From Octopus sinensis (Eukaryota), in contig NW_021833704.1 of the NCBI RefSeq assembly GCF_006345805.1, positions 8,186 to 72,185 of the forward strand: 64,000 nt of DNA, in the 5' to 3' direction. The first letter of the stretch is position 1; the number at the start of each line of letters is the position of its first letter. Below are positions 37,578 through 50,642 of the stretch, piece by piece. Both the position numbers and the translations under genes were made by a program. Under the pieces are notes generated by a model. The model was not told the origin of the DNA. It searched no databases and saw only the letters and a program-made list of their open reading frames with translations.

Positions 37578-38524
37578 CAGAAATACAGTAAAGAAAGGGT
37601 TAAAGAAAAGCATGTCATCTCCTCAAGATCAGTTTTATTATACCCCCCTACATATGCGTGTCGACAATGCTCACATTTGTGTATGTGTGTGTGTGTGTGT
37701 GTGTGTAATTTTTATCTTATTACATTATTTTATATTTCATGATATTTTCAGTTTTTACCATAGTACGAACTACGTAAGTTTGTATGATGTTACTTCACAA
37801 GGGTGTTTGTTGCAGTTTGGAAAGTTTAGAGTGTTTCCCCCGTTTCCAGTTTCTGGGAATTTGAGTTTTAGTTCCAACAAGTTGTGGAAGATGGTGAGTG
37901 CATCGATTCTTTCAGTTGCCATGTATTTTATATTTATGATTTTGTTCAGTTCTGAGCGTGTTTAGTTTTTTTTGTTTTTTTTCTTAATAAATATCCATCT
38001 AGCATTTTGGATATCTTTATAACATCTTAAATGTTTGATGGAAGCAAAGTCGTCAAATCATGTGTTTTTATATTTTGCTTTTTTGTGGCGATTTTCTAGA
38101 AACGTCTCAGAGAGTTTGCTTGGTGTTGCAGTATGGTTAAATTACTTGAGATTATTCTTACAGTGACATGGGATGTGGTGTCAGCCACAATTGTTGTTCG
38201 TGATCATGTTAATGACTCTACATAAAGCATTTTGTGGGTTTTGTTGGATACAAATATTTCCCAGTTTTTTGTTTTCTGCTGTTGTTTGATTTTTGTTTAT
38301 TTTTGTTTTTAATTTGTTTTCTTGTCCAGTTGCTTAATGCTGACTTTCCTTTTGGTTGGCGTTTGCTTTTACTGCATTGCGTTTCAGATTGCGTCCTGTA
38401 ATTTTATGAGGCTGGCTTTTCCAGGTTTGTAATTGGAATTGCATTTTTTATGGCTGCTATTTCTAACAAGATGGGAAACCACATAGAATCTCTCTTAATG
38501 GCTCGTTTTTATTATTATTATTAT

Positions 38525-38784
38525 CAAGGCAGCGAGCTGGTAGAATTGATGGTGCATCGAACAAAATGCGTAGAGGCATTTTTTTCTCTCTCTTTACGGA
38601 CTACGTTCTACGTTCCAATCCCGTCGAGATCAACTTTACCTCACATACCCTTCGGGGTTACTAAAATAAGAACTAGACAAGTACTGGGGTTGACGTAATC
38701 GAGTTATCCTCAAAATTGTTGGTCTTGTGTCAAAACATGAAACCATTATTATTATTATATATTATTATTATTATTATTATTATT

Positions 38785-38820
<36 letters not shown>

Positions 38821-38821
38821 A

Positions 38822-38874
<53 letters not shown>

Positions 38875-39898
38875 GCCTGTGCACAGCTTCTAACGCTGTA
38901 GATGTACTACGGTGTCAGCTGTTCACTACCAGTGAACTAAGGTAACACCTCTTATTTTTCGTGCACCTTCCAGAGTATTCGAGCGGTTCCACGCAGTGCT
39001 GTTTTCTGCAAGTGCTCCACCCTTATTGTAGCCCCTATTTGTTCCATGTACTTCTAAAGACTTTTATTCACTGTTCCCAGGGCTCCAACAATTATTGGTA
39101 TTCCTACCACCTTTTTCATCGACCACAACTGCTTAACCTCCCAAGCTAACCTGTCATATCTATCGACTTTTCTTTCTTCCTTATCGCATACCTTGTTGTC
39201 AGCTGGGCATGCTATATCTATGATCCAGCATCGTTTGTTTTCTTTCTCAATTAAAACTATGTCCGGCTTCCTATTCTCAATCTGTTGGTCGCACTGAAAC
39301 ATAAAATTCCATAGGATCTTTGCATTATCGTTTTCGATTATGTCTTCAGGTTTATGTTCATACCACTCTTTTGCTCTGTCAAGTCCATTATTATTATTAT
39401 TGTTGTTGTTGTTGTTGTTAAAGCGGCGAGCTGGCAGACTCGTTAGCACACTGGCCGAAATGCTTAGCGGTATTTCGTCTGCCGCTACGTTCTGAGTTCA
39501 AATTCCGCCGAGGTCTACTTTGCTTTTCATCCTTTCGGGGTCGATAAATTGAGTATCAGTGACACACTTGGTTCGATGTAATCGACTAGTCCCCCCACTC
39601 CTACCAAATTTCAGGCCTTGTGCCTTTAGTAGAAAGGATTATTATTATTAGTAGTAGTAGTAGTATTAAGGCAGCAAGCTGGCAGACTCGTTAGCACTCT
39701 GGGCGAAATGTTTAGCGGTATTTCGTTTGCCTTTATGTTCTGAGTTCAAATTCCGCCAAGGTCAACTTTGCTTTTCATCCTTTCGGGGTCGATAACCGAG
39801 CCGGATAAAATGCTTAGCGGCATTTTTTACTGTCTTTACGTTCTGCTTTCAAATGGCTCCGAGGTTGACTTCACCTTTCATCCTTTCGCCGTCGATAA
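38525..39898 (+). mobile_element. Cluster of SINE family B copies (38525-38745, 39420-39640, 39668-39795, 39800-39898), those with intact 3' ends terminating in an alternative (ATT)n tail
   Basis: Heads GGC(G/A)GCGAGCTGG..., tails GGCCTTGTGCCTTTAGTAGAAAGGATTATTATT and GGTCTTGTGTCAAAACATGAAACCATTATT. Confidence 0.75.
38875..39387 (-). mobile_element. R4/Dong-like non-LTR retrotransposon 3' fragment (restriction-like endonuclease) within (TAA)n
   Basis: WYEHKPE..IENDNAKILWNF..QCD..IENRKPDIVLIEK...CWIIDIACP.D...KEERKVDRYD.L...VKQLW...V..IPII.GALG = PD-(D/E)xK RLE domain; short 3'UTR then (TAA)n; TAA/CAA repeats also at the truncated 5' end. Confidence 0.85.
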
Positions 39899-40037
39899 GC
39901 ACATGCAACAATTAGGTGCTGAACCACTCACTCTAGAGCAGCTGCTCTTAAGCCAAATTTTGAAACCTTTATTATTGTTATAATTGCAGCTGTTTTCAAT
40001 ATCTGTGGTGTTGAAGTTGTTGTTGTTGTGGTAGTAG

Positions 40038-40417
40038 TGGAGGCGCAATGGCCCAGTGGTTAGGGCAGCGGACTCGCGATCGTAGGATCGCGGTTTCGAT
40101 TCCCAGACCGGGCATTGTGAGTGTTTATTGAGCGAAAACACCTAAAGCTCCACGAGGCTCCGGCAGGGGATGGTGGTGAACCCTGCTGTACTCTTTCACC
40201 ACAACTTTCTCTCACTCTTTCTTCCTGTTTCTGTTGTACCTGTATTTCAAAGGGCCAGCCTTGTCACACTCTGTGTCACGCTGAATCTCCCTGAGAATTA
40301 CGTTCAGGGTACACGTGTCAGTGGAATGCTCAGCCACTTGCACGTTAATTCCACGAGCAAGCTGTTCCGTTGATCGTATCAGCTGGGACCCTCGTCGTCG
40401 TAACCGACGGAGTGCTC
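40038..40417 (+). mobile_element. SINE family C
   Basis: Homologous to 15956-16328. Confidence 0.88.
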
Positions 40418-40958
40418 CTATATATTATAAGTTGTGGTAACTTGTAGGCTGACCATTTTTATTCCAATCTACAAAATAAAGAAACGATTTAGGAAAGAAA
40501 GAAATGAGGAATAGATGAGAAGAAAAAAAACAGAAGCAAGAAAGAAATAAAGTTGTTGGTATTTAGCATACGATCAGCTTTGATGGATCAGGTCTAACGT
40601 CAAAGACGTTCCAGCCGTGACAAACTCATCTGGGTAGGGTACGATTTCAAGGAAATTTGATTGCTATTTCTAGCAGCTTGAGTGAAGACGTTGAGGCTCT
40701 CTCGAAAGAAATTTAATAATAGGAAAACAATTAATTATGTAATTAAAATTAATTAGTTATAGAAATTTGAAATATATTAGTTGTGGGTAGACATGGGAGG
40801 TGAGGACAGCAAAGTGGAGGGAGAAGATATGGAGAGACTAGGAAAAGCGAGAGAGATCGAGAAGAGGTGAAAAGAGACTGAGGGGGAAGAAGATAGATAA
40901 AAAGAGAGTGAGAGAAAGAAAAAGAGTGTAAAGAGTCGGGAGGGGAAGGGATCGAGAC

Positions 40959-41006
<48 letters not shown>

Positions 41007-41015
41007 AAGGGAGGA

Positions 41016-41048
<33 letters not shown>

Positions 41049-41306
41049 CAGGCAGAGAAGCAAACAGAGAGAGCGGAACAGAGAAATGAGAGGGTGAATA
41101 AATAGTGTGAGAAAGAGCGGGGAAATAATAAAAAGAGAGAGGGGAAGAGAGAGCGGGAGAAAGAGAATGAGAGTTAGCAACGTGAGTTGAAGTTATTTGG
41201 GAGGAAAAAAAGAAGAGAGAGAGAGAGAGAAAGAGAAGGATAAATGAGGCTGGTTGTAGAAAAGGTTATAAAAGTGTTACCAATGAAGCAATCGAAATAT
41301 ATATGA

Positions 41307-41383
<77 letters not shown>

Positions 41384-41639
41384 ATGTATATATATGTATA
41401 TATATATGTATGTATATGTATATATGTATATATATATACATATACATATATATATATATGTATGTATGTATGCATGTATGTATATATATATATATATACA
41501 TAAATATGTTATATATAGATATTCAATCAATTTAAATTATTGGTTCACACATATACATACGTATATAAATACATAGGTACTATATACGTACGTATATATG
41601 TATGTATATATGTATATAAGTATATATATATATTATATA

Positions 41640-41673
<34 letters not shown>

Positions 41674-41699
41674 GTAAATATACAAACACACATATATAT

Positions 41700-41730
<31 letters not shown>

Positions 41731-42180
41731 CATATATATAATATATATACACACACTGTCTAGTTGTTACTCTGAACGCGTGGGTGAGAGTTGCTTACCA
41801 GAATTAATATATCACATTTCGCTGGAGAAACTTGCTCCAGCTAAGCTTACAGAGGGCTAAGATTCATGCTCTGTGCAGTGTGTTTTAATAAAGAAAACTT
41901 AACAATGAGAAAAAATATCAGGAAAGTTTGGCGCCTTGCCGATGCAGACTGGAAATCTGAAATTAAAGGTCGATAAAGGATATAGTTAATTTTCATCTCA
42001 TATATTTAATTCGAAATTAATTATAACCTTCTAGATATTAATGCGTGCGTGTATATATCTATACTTATAAATGTGTGTGTGTGTATATATAGGCACGTTT
42101 GTGTGCATGTATGAATCTACATGCAATCACGCATACTCACACACTCACAAACACATATTCACTAAGTATGTACGTATATC

Positions 42181-42219
<39 letters not shown>

Positions 42220-42240
42220 TATTGTAAGTATGTACGTATA

Positions 42241-42276
<36 letters not shown>

Positions 42277-42390
42277 TATTTGTAAGTATGTACGTATATC
42301 TATATATGCGTATATCATATATTTTTATTATATATATGCATGTGTATATACATATATGTGTATGTATATGTTTTTGTATTTGTATGAATG

Positions 42391-42429
<39 letters not shown>

Positions 42430-42679
42430 ATCTATGTATGTATCTATCTATATGCGTGTGCGTGTGTGTATGTATATATATATATATGTATGCACTTGCC
42501 TATGTAAATATTGGCATACATTTGTGTGCGTGCGTGTGTGTGTGTGTGTGTGTGTACTTCTATGTATGTACGTATGTATGTATGTATGTATGTATGTATG
42601 TATGTATGTATATATGTATGTATGTATTATGTATGTATGTATGTAAATGCATGTACATCTCTGTCAGAATGGTCTGCAG

Positions 42680-42830
42680 CAGGTCTTTGAATCTGCTAGT
42701 GAGTAGCTCGTCGCTGATGCTTACGCCACCTGTCCAGTCAATAATGACCATTTCTAGACATGCAGTGAAGAGCGTTGGTGGGACATCATCTTCTTGCTTG
42801 ATGCCCTTATTAGTTGTAACTCTCACAGGT
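42680..42830 (-). mobile_element. RTE-like RT fragment
   Basis: VTTNKGIKQEDDVPPTLFTACLEMVIIDWTGGVSISDELL resembles RT domain 4 (G.KQGD..SP.LFTACLE). Confidence 0.6.
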
Positions 42831-42982
42831 GACAATTGCAGAGCAATATCGGTGCAATAAAAACATGTATGTATATACTACACGCATGCACACAAACACA
42901 CACGCGCGCGCTCGCGCGCACACACACACACACACACTCACACACACACACACACTTTTTATTGTTTCAAATGAGAACTTTC

Positions 42983-43465
42983 TTATTTCTTTACTGCCCG
43001 TGGGGGCTATACACAGAGGGAACAAACAAGGACAGACAAACTCAGAACGTAGCGGCAGACGAAATATTTCTTTACTACCCACAGAAAGGACAAACAAGAA
43101 CAGACAAACGGATTAAGTTGATTATATCGACCAAAGTGCGTAGCTGGTACTTATTTAATCGATCCCGAAAGGATGAAAGGCAAAGTCGACCTCGGCGGAA
43201 TTTGAACTCAGAACGTAGCAGCAGATGAAATACCTATTTCTTTACTACCCACAAGGGGCTAAACACAGAGGACAAACAAGGACAGACAAACGGATTAAGT
43301 CGATTATATCGACCGCAGTGCGTAACTGGTACTTATTTAATCGACCCCGAAAGGATGAAAGGCAAAGTCGACCTCGATGGATTTTGAACTCAGAACGTAG
43401 CGGCAGACGAAACACCACTAAGCAGTTCGCCCGGCGTGCTAACGATTCTGCCAGCTCGCCGCCTT
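42983..43465 (-). mobile_element. SINE family B trimer
   Basis: Three tail-bearing units joined at AGACGAAATA(CC)TATTTCTTTACTACCC junctions (~43061, ~43227). Confidence 0.82.
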
Positions 43466-44095
43466 AAATCAGAACTTTCTGTTGAACAATTTGAAAATAC
43501 CAAAGCGCTTTACAAGTGAACTTTGTATTGACTTGCTTAATAGTTTAAACCACTGCAGGATTTGTGTAGCTTCGTGGAAATACAATTGTTACTTGAGCAT
43601 AAAACATTGGAAAATTCTTTATTGTTACAATTCCGAATTTTCAACATAATTTTTTTTTCTACAAGACCTGAGAGGTCAACTTCGGTCCGCAATGTTTAAA
43701 ACTGCAGCTCGTTTTGTTGTTGTTGCCGATGTTGATATTCAGAGACTTTTACAAAACTGTTATCAAATTCTTTGCTCTTTATTAGGATTTTATTTTTATA
43801 TCATATGCATGTTTACATTCATTTCATTCATTCATCTGATTCTTGAAAATCGGTGAGAGGTGAAAGCATGAATCGCAGAAGTCACGTTTTTTGTTTACAG
43901 TAAATTTCGCTCTTTTGCTCTGCTTTGTGGTGTTGAGTTCTTTTTACCCTGGGGAGTTTCAAACTGTTGTGTACATCCTTCACACACACATGCACACACA
44001 CACACACACACACACATATATAGGCGTGTTTGTGTGCAAGTATGAATCTACATGCAATCACGCATACTCACACACACACTCAAACACATATTCAC

Positions 44096-44139
<44 letters not shown>

Positions 44140-44231
44140 GCACGCATACACAGATATATAAATATGCACCCACACATACGCATTTACGTTAATATACATA
44201 AGCTTATAGCTACACGCGCGTGCACACACAC

Positions 44232-44262
<31 letters not shown>

Positions 44263-44276
44263 TGTATGTATGTATG

Positions 44277-44307
<31 letters not shown>

Positions 44308-45575
44308 TTATATATTATGAAGTTCGTTTTTACTGACAGCTTATTTAACCAAATTATTTTCCCTCATAAGTTAAATGAATTTAATTTCGCAACACATACG
44401 CGCGTGCGCATTCACACCCACATATGTTACTTTATGTGTGTAAACTTCAAACGAAAGAAAATATCACTGAATACAGGAAATTTAGTTTGTATTAAAAAAA
44501 AAAGATTCAGTGAATCATTCCACCATTACATAGATTTCGCTCACGAACACATTGTAGAGAGAAGCATGTTTTCTGTCAAACATTATGAATACTTCTGAAA
44601 AATAGCTGCTGGTATCATGTCCACAGGTCACTTATAAGGATAGTTAAAATCAGTTTAAGGCTCTTCTTGTGCTACCATTTGTTGTAGATGCAGTCTGTTC
44701 TTATGCTTCTGTAATAAAGCAACGCAGTTCAAATCCCTTGCTGTCAACTTCAATTGCTTCGCGAAACTCGCTGGAAATTTTGCAAGAAGAATTTCCTCCG
44801 ATGATGACAGTGAAACAATATTTCTTATTCCACTTTAACATTTTACAAATTATTTCAGGATTTGAATAGTTTCAGTTAGACCAACCCTATAGTTCTCAGA
44901 CCCATTAGATATAAAAAAAAATCCTTATCAACACTGTTCCATGTAATTAGAGAGTGCATGCTAGTCCCTGATCTCTAAGTTTCTAGACAAACTGTGACGG
45001 AGTTGGAGATTTTAACCAGTTATTATTCCGAAGGAGATGAAAGAGTCTCTTGAAAGTGTTCGCAGTTAGACTAGTCTAATTCTTTTCAATGCCGTATGAG
45101 ATTGTTATGGTTGCTCGGGATATTTCTTTTATAAAAGCAAGATCCCTTAAGCGAGAAGTGGAAGGATTTCAATAATTATCAGTTCATTGATGTGGTGGTG
45201 GTTGTGGTTTGTGGTGGTGTGGTGGTGGTGGTGGTGGTGGTGGTGGTGGTGGTGGTGGTAGTGGTGGTGGTGATGGTGGTATATTGAGTGTGTTTTTACT
45301 TGCTCTGGGAACTTGTGCTATTCAGGCAAGAATAACTTACCTTAACTTTATGTAAGTTGAAAAGCATGTTGTATTTGTGCATGTGTGGAAAATACTAACT
45401 GATGATGGCTAGGAAATGCCTAACTGCGTTCATGGTTACTTCTAGCTCGCCTGGCAGATTAATTTCTGGAGAAATTAACCGGGATTACTCGTCAAACGTA
45501 TGGAAAAGCGATATGACGAAACTCGAAGTATCGACGGTGAAAAAATCTGTTCTAATTACCGTAAAACACACACAC

Positions 45576-45623
<48 letters not shown>

Positions 45624-45769
45624 ATATGTTATTACAACTGAAACTCAAGTCATGAGGCAAACTTCCCGTTTCAATTTCAATAAAAAATATATCTTCTACG
45701 TGAATTGGTCACTTTTTCGTTCGATATAAAGCGATTTCTCTCTCTCTTATATATATATATATATTTACA

Positions 45770-46185
45770 TAGATGTATAAAATTTGAACATTTCTATATG
45801 CTATTATATATGAACATTGGGTGCTCATCTGGTATGTTGATTTTTGTTCATTCGTTATAATCTTGAATTATGCTCGCACTGACGATCAAAAAGTGCATTT
45901 TAGCACTAATTATGAAATCATATGATTTGCAGCTGAATTCTGTTTTCAGAAGTCTCACTTCGAGATTTACATTCCCTCGCACTCGGTACGATGTGTTTAT
46001 TTATTTTGGTAGTTTTGACTTTAGGAGTCCCTTCTAGCGTGTGGCATTTATGTATAATAATCCCCTCTATATAATATAAATAAATATATTTAAGAGAAAA
46101 TTTGATGGTCTTTTCTCTTATGAGGTTTTTCACGCTAACTACTTGATAAATTCTTATGAAGATTTTATCCTATTTTTAAATTATA
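45770..46185 (+). mobile_element. Diverged monomeric relative of the 484-bp unit, with HHR, between (TA)n tracts
   Basis: Shares CTCTTATGAGGTTTTT(C)ACGCTA.CTAC and TATAATxxCCCTCTATAT motifs with the array, in the same orientation relative to the HHR. Confidence 0.72.
45872..45933 (+). ncRNA. Type I hammerhead ribozyme
   Basis: GCU(C)GCA-CUGACGA-UCAAAA AGUGC AUUUUA GCACU AAUUAU-GAAA-UCAUAUGA-UU-UGCAGC; palindromic AUCAUAUGAU. Confidence 0.75.
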
Positions 46186-46198
46186 TGTATATATATAT

Positions 46199-46915
46199 AA
46201 CTGGTACTTAATTAATCGACCCCGAAAAGATGAAAGGCAAAGTCGACCTCGGCGGAATTTGAACTCAGAACGTAACGGCAGACGAAATACCGATTTCTTT
46301 ACTACCCACAAGGGGATAAACACAGACAAATGGCTTAAGTCGATTGTATCGACCCCAGTACGTAACTGGTACTTATTTAATCGACCCCGAAAGGATGAAG
46401 GGCAAAGTCGACCTCGGTGGAATTTGAACTCAGAACGTAACGGCAGACGAAATACTACTAAGCAGTTCGCCCGGCGTGCTAACGTTTCTACCAGCTCGCC
46501 GCCTCTTAGAGAGATTGTACTATTGAGAGGAAAATAGTCAGAAATAGAACCTTTACAAAACAAAACGTGAAAGATAAACTTAGTTGTGAAATAGTTAAAC
46601 GGTTAACGATGTAGAGGAATAATTGATCGAGAAAGTAAGCAGCTTGTGAAATAATGAAATGGTTGATAAGATAATTTTAAAAAATGAGCGAAATTTGTTA
46701 ATAATGAAATCTGAAATATGGAATTCACATTTTGGCACAATGCCAGCAATTTTGGGGAGGGGCAAGCCCATTATATTGACCCTAGTACGATCCTGAAATG
46801 AAAAAAAGGCGAAGTCCTCTTCGGCGGAATTTGATCTCAGAACGGAATTTGAACTTAGACCTGAGGCTAAGTATTTTGTCCGGCGTGCTAACGATTCTGC
46901 CAACTCGCCGCCTTT
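46199..46915 (-). mobile_element. SINE family B copies (dimer 46199-46505; diverged copy 46735-46915)
   Basis: Body and head homology; junction GACGAAATACCGATTTCTTTACTACCC. Confidence 0.8.
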
Positions 46916-47939
46916 AACTAATGAAATATCGAATTAGGAAGTAATTTGCTAATTGATAATGAAATGGTAAAATAGCCAGGAAACTAGCTAATGACCTAGC
47001 AAGATAAAAAGCTAGCGATAAAATGGTTTAGGTAGTAGTAAACTAGGCAGTAAAAGAGCAACGGAGAGGGGGTGATGGGGAGAGGGAGGGAGGGGAGGAA
47101 GGGGGGAGGGAGGCGGTGAGGCACAGAGAGATAGGGAAAGAGAGAGAGGCACAAAGAGGGAAGGAGGAAGGAGGAGAAAGGGAGGGAGGGAGGGAAGGAG
47201 GGAGAGAGGGAGGGAGGGAAGGGTGCAGAGAGAGGGAGGGGGAGGCACAGTGAAAGTGGCACACAGAGAGAGGGAGGGAGACAGAATGAGAGAGAGGTAC
47301 AGAGAGAGAGATACAGAGAGAGAGGAGAGATAATGAGAGAGAGTGTGAGAGAGGCACAGAGAGAGAGAGAGGCACAGAGAGAGAGAGAGAGGCACAAAGA
47401 GAGAGAGAAAGATAGGATATTATTTAGTGAAATTGCAAAATTTAGTGAGATTGCAAAAGAGGTCTTGAAATATATGGAAATTGATAGAGTGATTAAGGAA
47501 AGGATTAATAAAATAGGGAAATAGGCTAATAAAATGATGAAATGGGACAATAAACTGTGTGTTTGGGAAATAGGCCCCGAAATATAAGAATTGTAAGTGA
47601 AATAGTAAAATGTGTCATAAAATAACGATTTAACAAGTGTAATAATGAAATAGTTGATAAATAGGGTAATACAGAATGAAATGATGAAGGAAGGAAGGAA
47701 GAACCTTGCAGGTGAGAGAAATACCTGGTGAGATAGAAAAGTTAATGAAATATTGAAATATACTGAAATAGAATGGAAAATAATAAAACAGCCATATAAA
47801 TAGTAAAATAGGTATTGGAATAGTCAGGTTGTACATATATACACATATACATACATGCACACACTTACACACACTTACACACACACATACATATATATAC
47901 ATACATAGAGTATGTGTGTATACATATACATGTATATAT

Positions 47940-48170
47940 ATTTCTTTACTACCCACAAGGGGCTAAACATAGAGGGGACAAACAAGGACAGACAAAGGGA
48001 TTCAGTCGATTACATCGACCCCAGTGCGTAACTGGTACTTAATTTACCGACCCCGAAAGGATGAAAGGCAAAGTCGACCTCGGCGGAATTTGAACTCGGA
48101 ACGTAGCGACAGACGAAATACTGCTACGAATTTCGCCCGGCGTGCTAACGTTTCTACCAGCTCGCCGCCT
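47940..48170 (-). mobile_element. SINE family B, full length with Tx1-like tail
   Basis: Minus strand ends TTTGTCCCCTCTATGTTTAGCCCCTTGTGGGTAGTAAAGAAATATATA. Confidence 0.88.
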
Positions 48171-48340
48171 ACATGTATATATATATACATGTATACATGT
48201 ATATATGTGAGCGTATGTGTGTGTGTGTGTGTGCGTGTGTGTGTGTGTGTGTGTGTGGTGTGTGTGTGTGTGTGTGTATTATTTGATTCGCTGTCTGAAG
48301 AATTTCTAACAGGAGATTTCTACCATAATTATCCAATATG

Positions 48341-49539
48341 TATCAAGTCGAGTAAAATGGAAGCAGTGTTTTGAACTATGAAGAATTTGTACAGGATTTT
48401 TGCAGAGGTTTGAATTTTTTTACACATTCGTTTGCAATTGTCTGATATATGCACATAGACTTGCTCTAATGCATCAATAAATTAACATTGATATTTTTTT
48501 TTCACCGTTGTTACATTCATTTGAAATGGAACTATCAAAGCGCGATATTCGAACAATTTTGCTATTCAGCTTCAAAAAAAGGACGTAAAGCAGCTGAAAC
48601 CGCTCGCGATATCAACAAAACGTTTGGTGAGAAAATGACCAGTGAGTGGTCAGCTCGAAAATGGTTTAAACGATTTCGCAGTGGAGACCTGAGCCTTGAT
48701 GATCGTGAGCGTTATGGACGCCCATCCGTCATCGAAGACGGTCAATTAAAGACCGTCATTGAGAAAGATCCACATAAGACCACTCGAGAACTGGCAAAAG
48801 AACTTCAAGTTAACCAGAAAACTGCCTGCAACTATTTGCATGCGATCAGAAAATCAAAAAAGCTCGACAAATGGGTACCACACGATTTGAATGAAAATCA
48901 GAAAATGCGCGAATATGAAACTTGCTCGTCGTTTCTTCTCCGTAACCAGACCGACCCATCTCTTGACCGTATAGTAACTTACGATGAAAGTGGATTCTGT
49001 ACAATAATCAAAAACGTTCTTCGCAGTGGTTGACCTGCTGGACTCATCCACTATTACTTCTTAAAACCCAGAAAAACCATTACTGCAGAAACATATCGAC
49101 ATGAAATTGCCAAATGAATGAAAAACTGCTATTCTTCCATCCCAAACTGGTCAACAGGAGAGGGCCAGTCATTCTTCATGACAATGCTCGACCACACGTT
49201 TCACTAATGACGCTGCAAAAGTTGGTGGAACTGAACTACGAAATTCTTCCCCCACCCAGCTTATTCCCCAGACCTTTCTCCTATCGACTACCACTTTTTC
49301 AAGCATCTTGATTGGTTCCTGCGAGAGAAGGAGTTCAAGAGTCAAACAGATGTTGAAAGTGCGCTCAAAAAGTTCATCAGCTCCAGAACCACAGATTTGT
49401 ATGTTACTGGAATAAACAAACTTGTGATTCGTTGGCAAAAATATGATGGTACGTACTTTGAAGAATAAAATTTTCGCATTGTTGAAATATGATGGATATC
49501 ATGTTTCAAAATGTTGCTGACTTCTTACTCAGCCTGATA
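48341..49539 (+). mobile_element. Mariner transposon, pseudogenised with an internal deletion
   Basis: Imperfect TIRs TATCAAGTCGAGTAAAATGGAAGCAGTGTTTTGAAC / GTTTCAAAATGTTGCTGACTTCTTACTCAGCCTGATA; ATG at 48526; KGRKAAETARDIN, WFKRFRSGD, WVPHDL, TYDESG, HDNARPH, YSPDLSP.DY remnants. Confidence 0.92.
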
Positions 49540-49726
49540 CTATTTTGTGATTCCTATTAGCAAATGAAACATGTGTAATGGTGAACGCTACGTACAGAAA
49601 AAGTAAATTATATGTATGTATGTATGTATGATGTATGTATGTATGTATGTATGTATGTATGTGTGTATGTATATATATATATATGTATGTATGTATATAT
49701 ATATATCTGTGTGTGTGTGTGTGTGT

Positions 49727-50422
49727 GTGTGTGATCTGATCAATAAGTATACGGATTGTTGCCATAGTGAAGCCGCTTGGCACAGATTGACCTTGAACTC
49801 TGCTGCGTATGCGTACTAAGTTTTAACGTTCTAGCTCACTTCCGCTGTTTACAGCAGTGATTGGAAGGAAGGTGTGTAGCGTGAGATCGTTGCATTGAAC
49901 ATGACTAAGAAATTTGTCGTGATGATACCTGCTCAGGGGCCTACACAAAGTTACAGAGAGTGTACAGAGAGGAGTGTATGAGCCGTACACAAGCCGAAAC
50001 CAGCAGAACTGAGGAAAACATCGCAGATGTGCGCGCAGCTGTGAGGGGAAATCGCTGAATCCATGAGTTATCAGGGGATGTTATTAGTTACTGTTCAGTT
50101 CACTCCAATATCACAGAAGATTTAACGATGAAAACTTTTTGAAATCTTTGCATAGGTCTCTGAGCAGGTATCGCCAAGCTTTTGGCAAAATTTGATGCAG
50201 ATTCTCTGCTTAACTTTCTCTGTCATGGTGAATGCGGCGATTACACGCTACACACCTTCCTTCCAAACACTGCTGCGAACAGCGGAAGTTAGCTGGAACG
50301 TTAAAACTCAGTGCGCCTGCCCAGCAGAGTTCAAGGTCACTCTGTACCAAGCGGCTTCGCCCTGCATACTTTAGCTTCGTTACTATGGCAACAGTCCTGA
50401 TACTTATTGATCAGACTATGTA
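49727..50422. mobile_element. Long-TIR (~230 bp) mariner-derived non-autonomous element
   Basis: TCTGATCAATAAGTATACGGATTGTTGCCATAGT...CCTGCTCAG versus CTGAGCAGG...ACTATGGCAACAGTCCTGATACTTATTGATCAGA; core has mariner HTH-like remnants (MSRTQ, SRTEENIADVR). Confidence 0.8.
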
Positions 50423-50642
50423 TATACATATGCATCGTGATATATCGAAGTGCAGAGTGAAATCGTAAACAATCCATTGAAATAACAAAATGGTCAGGGA
50501 AATCGCTAGTAACAGAGAAAACTATAGAAATTTAGAAATATGTAATGAAATTCTCTATCATCCATTGGTTAATGAGATAGCTAGTGGTGTAAAGGTTTAA
50601 GACCTAGTAATATAATGGATTAAAAATACAAAAATTACTAAA

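Noticed and set aside
44640-44870. Possible exon (three frames partly open)
   Set aside because: No homology recognised and no matching donor/acceptor pair.
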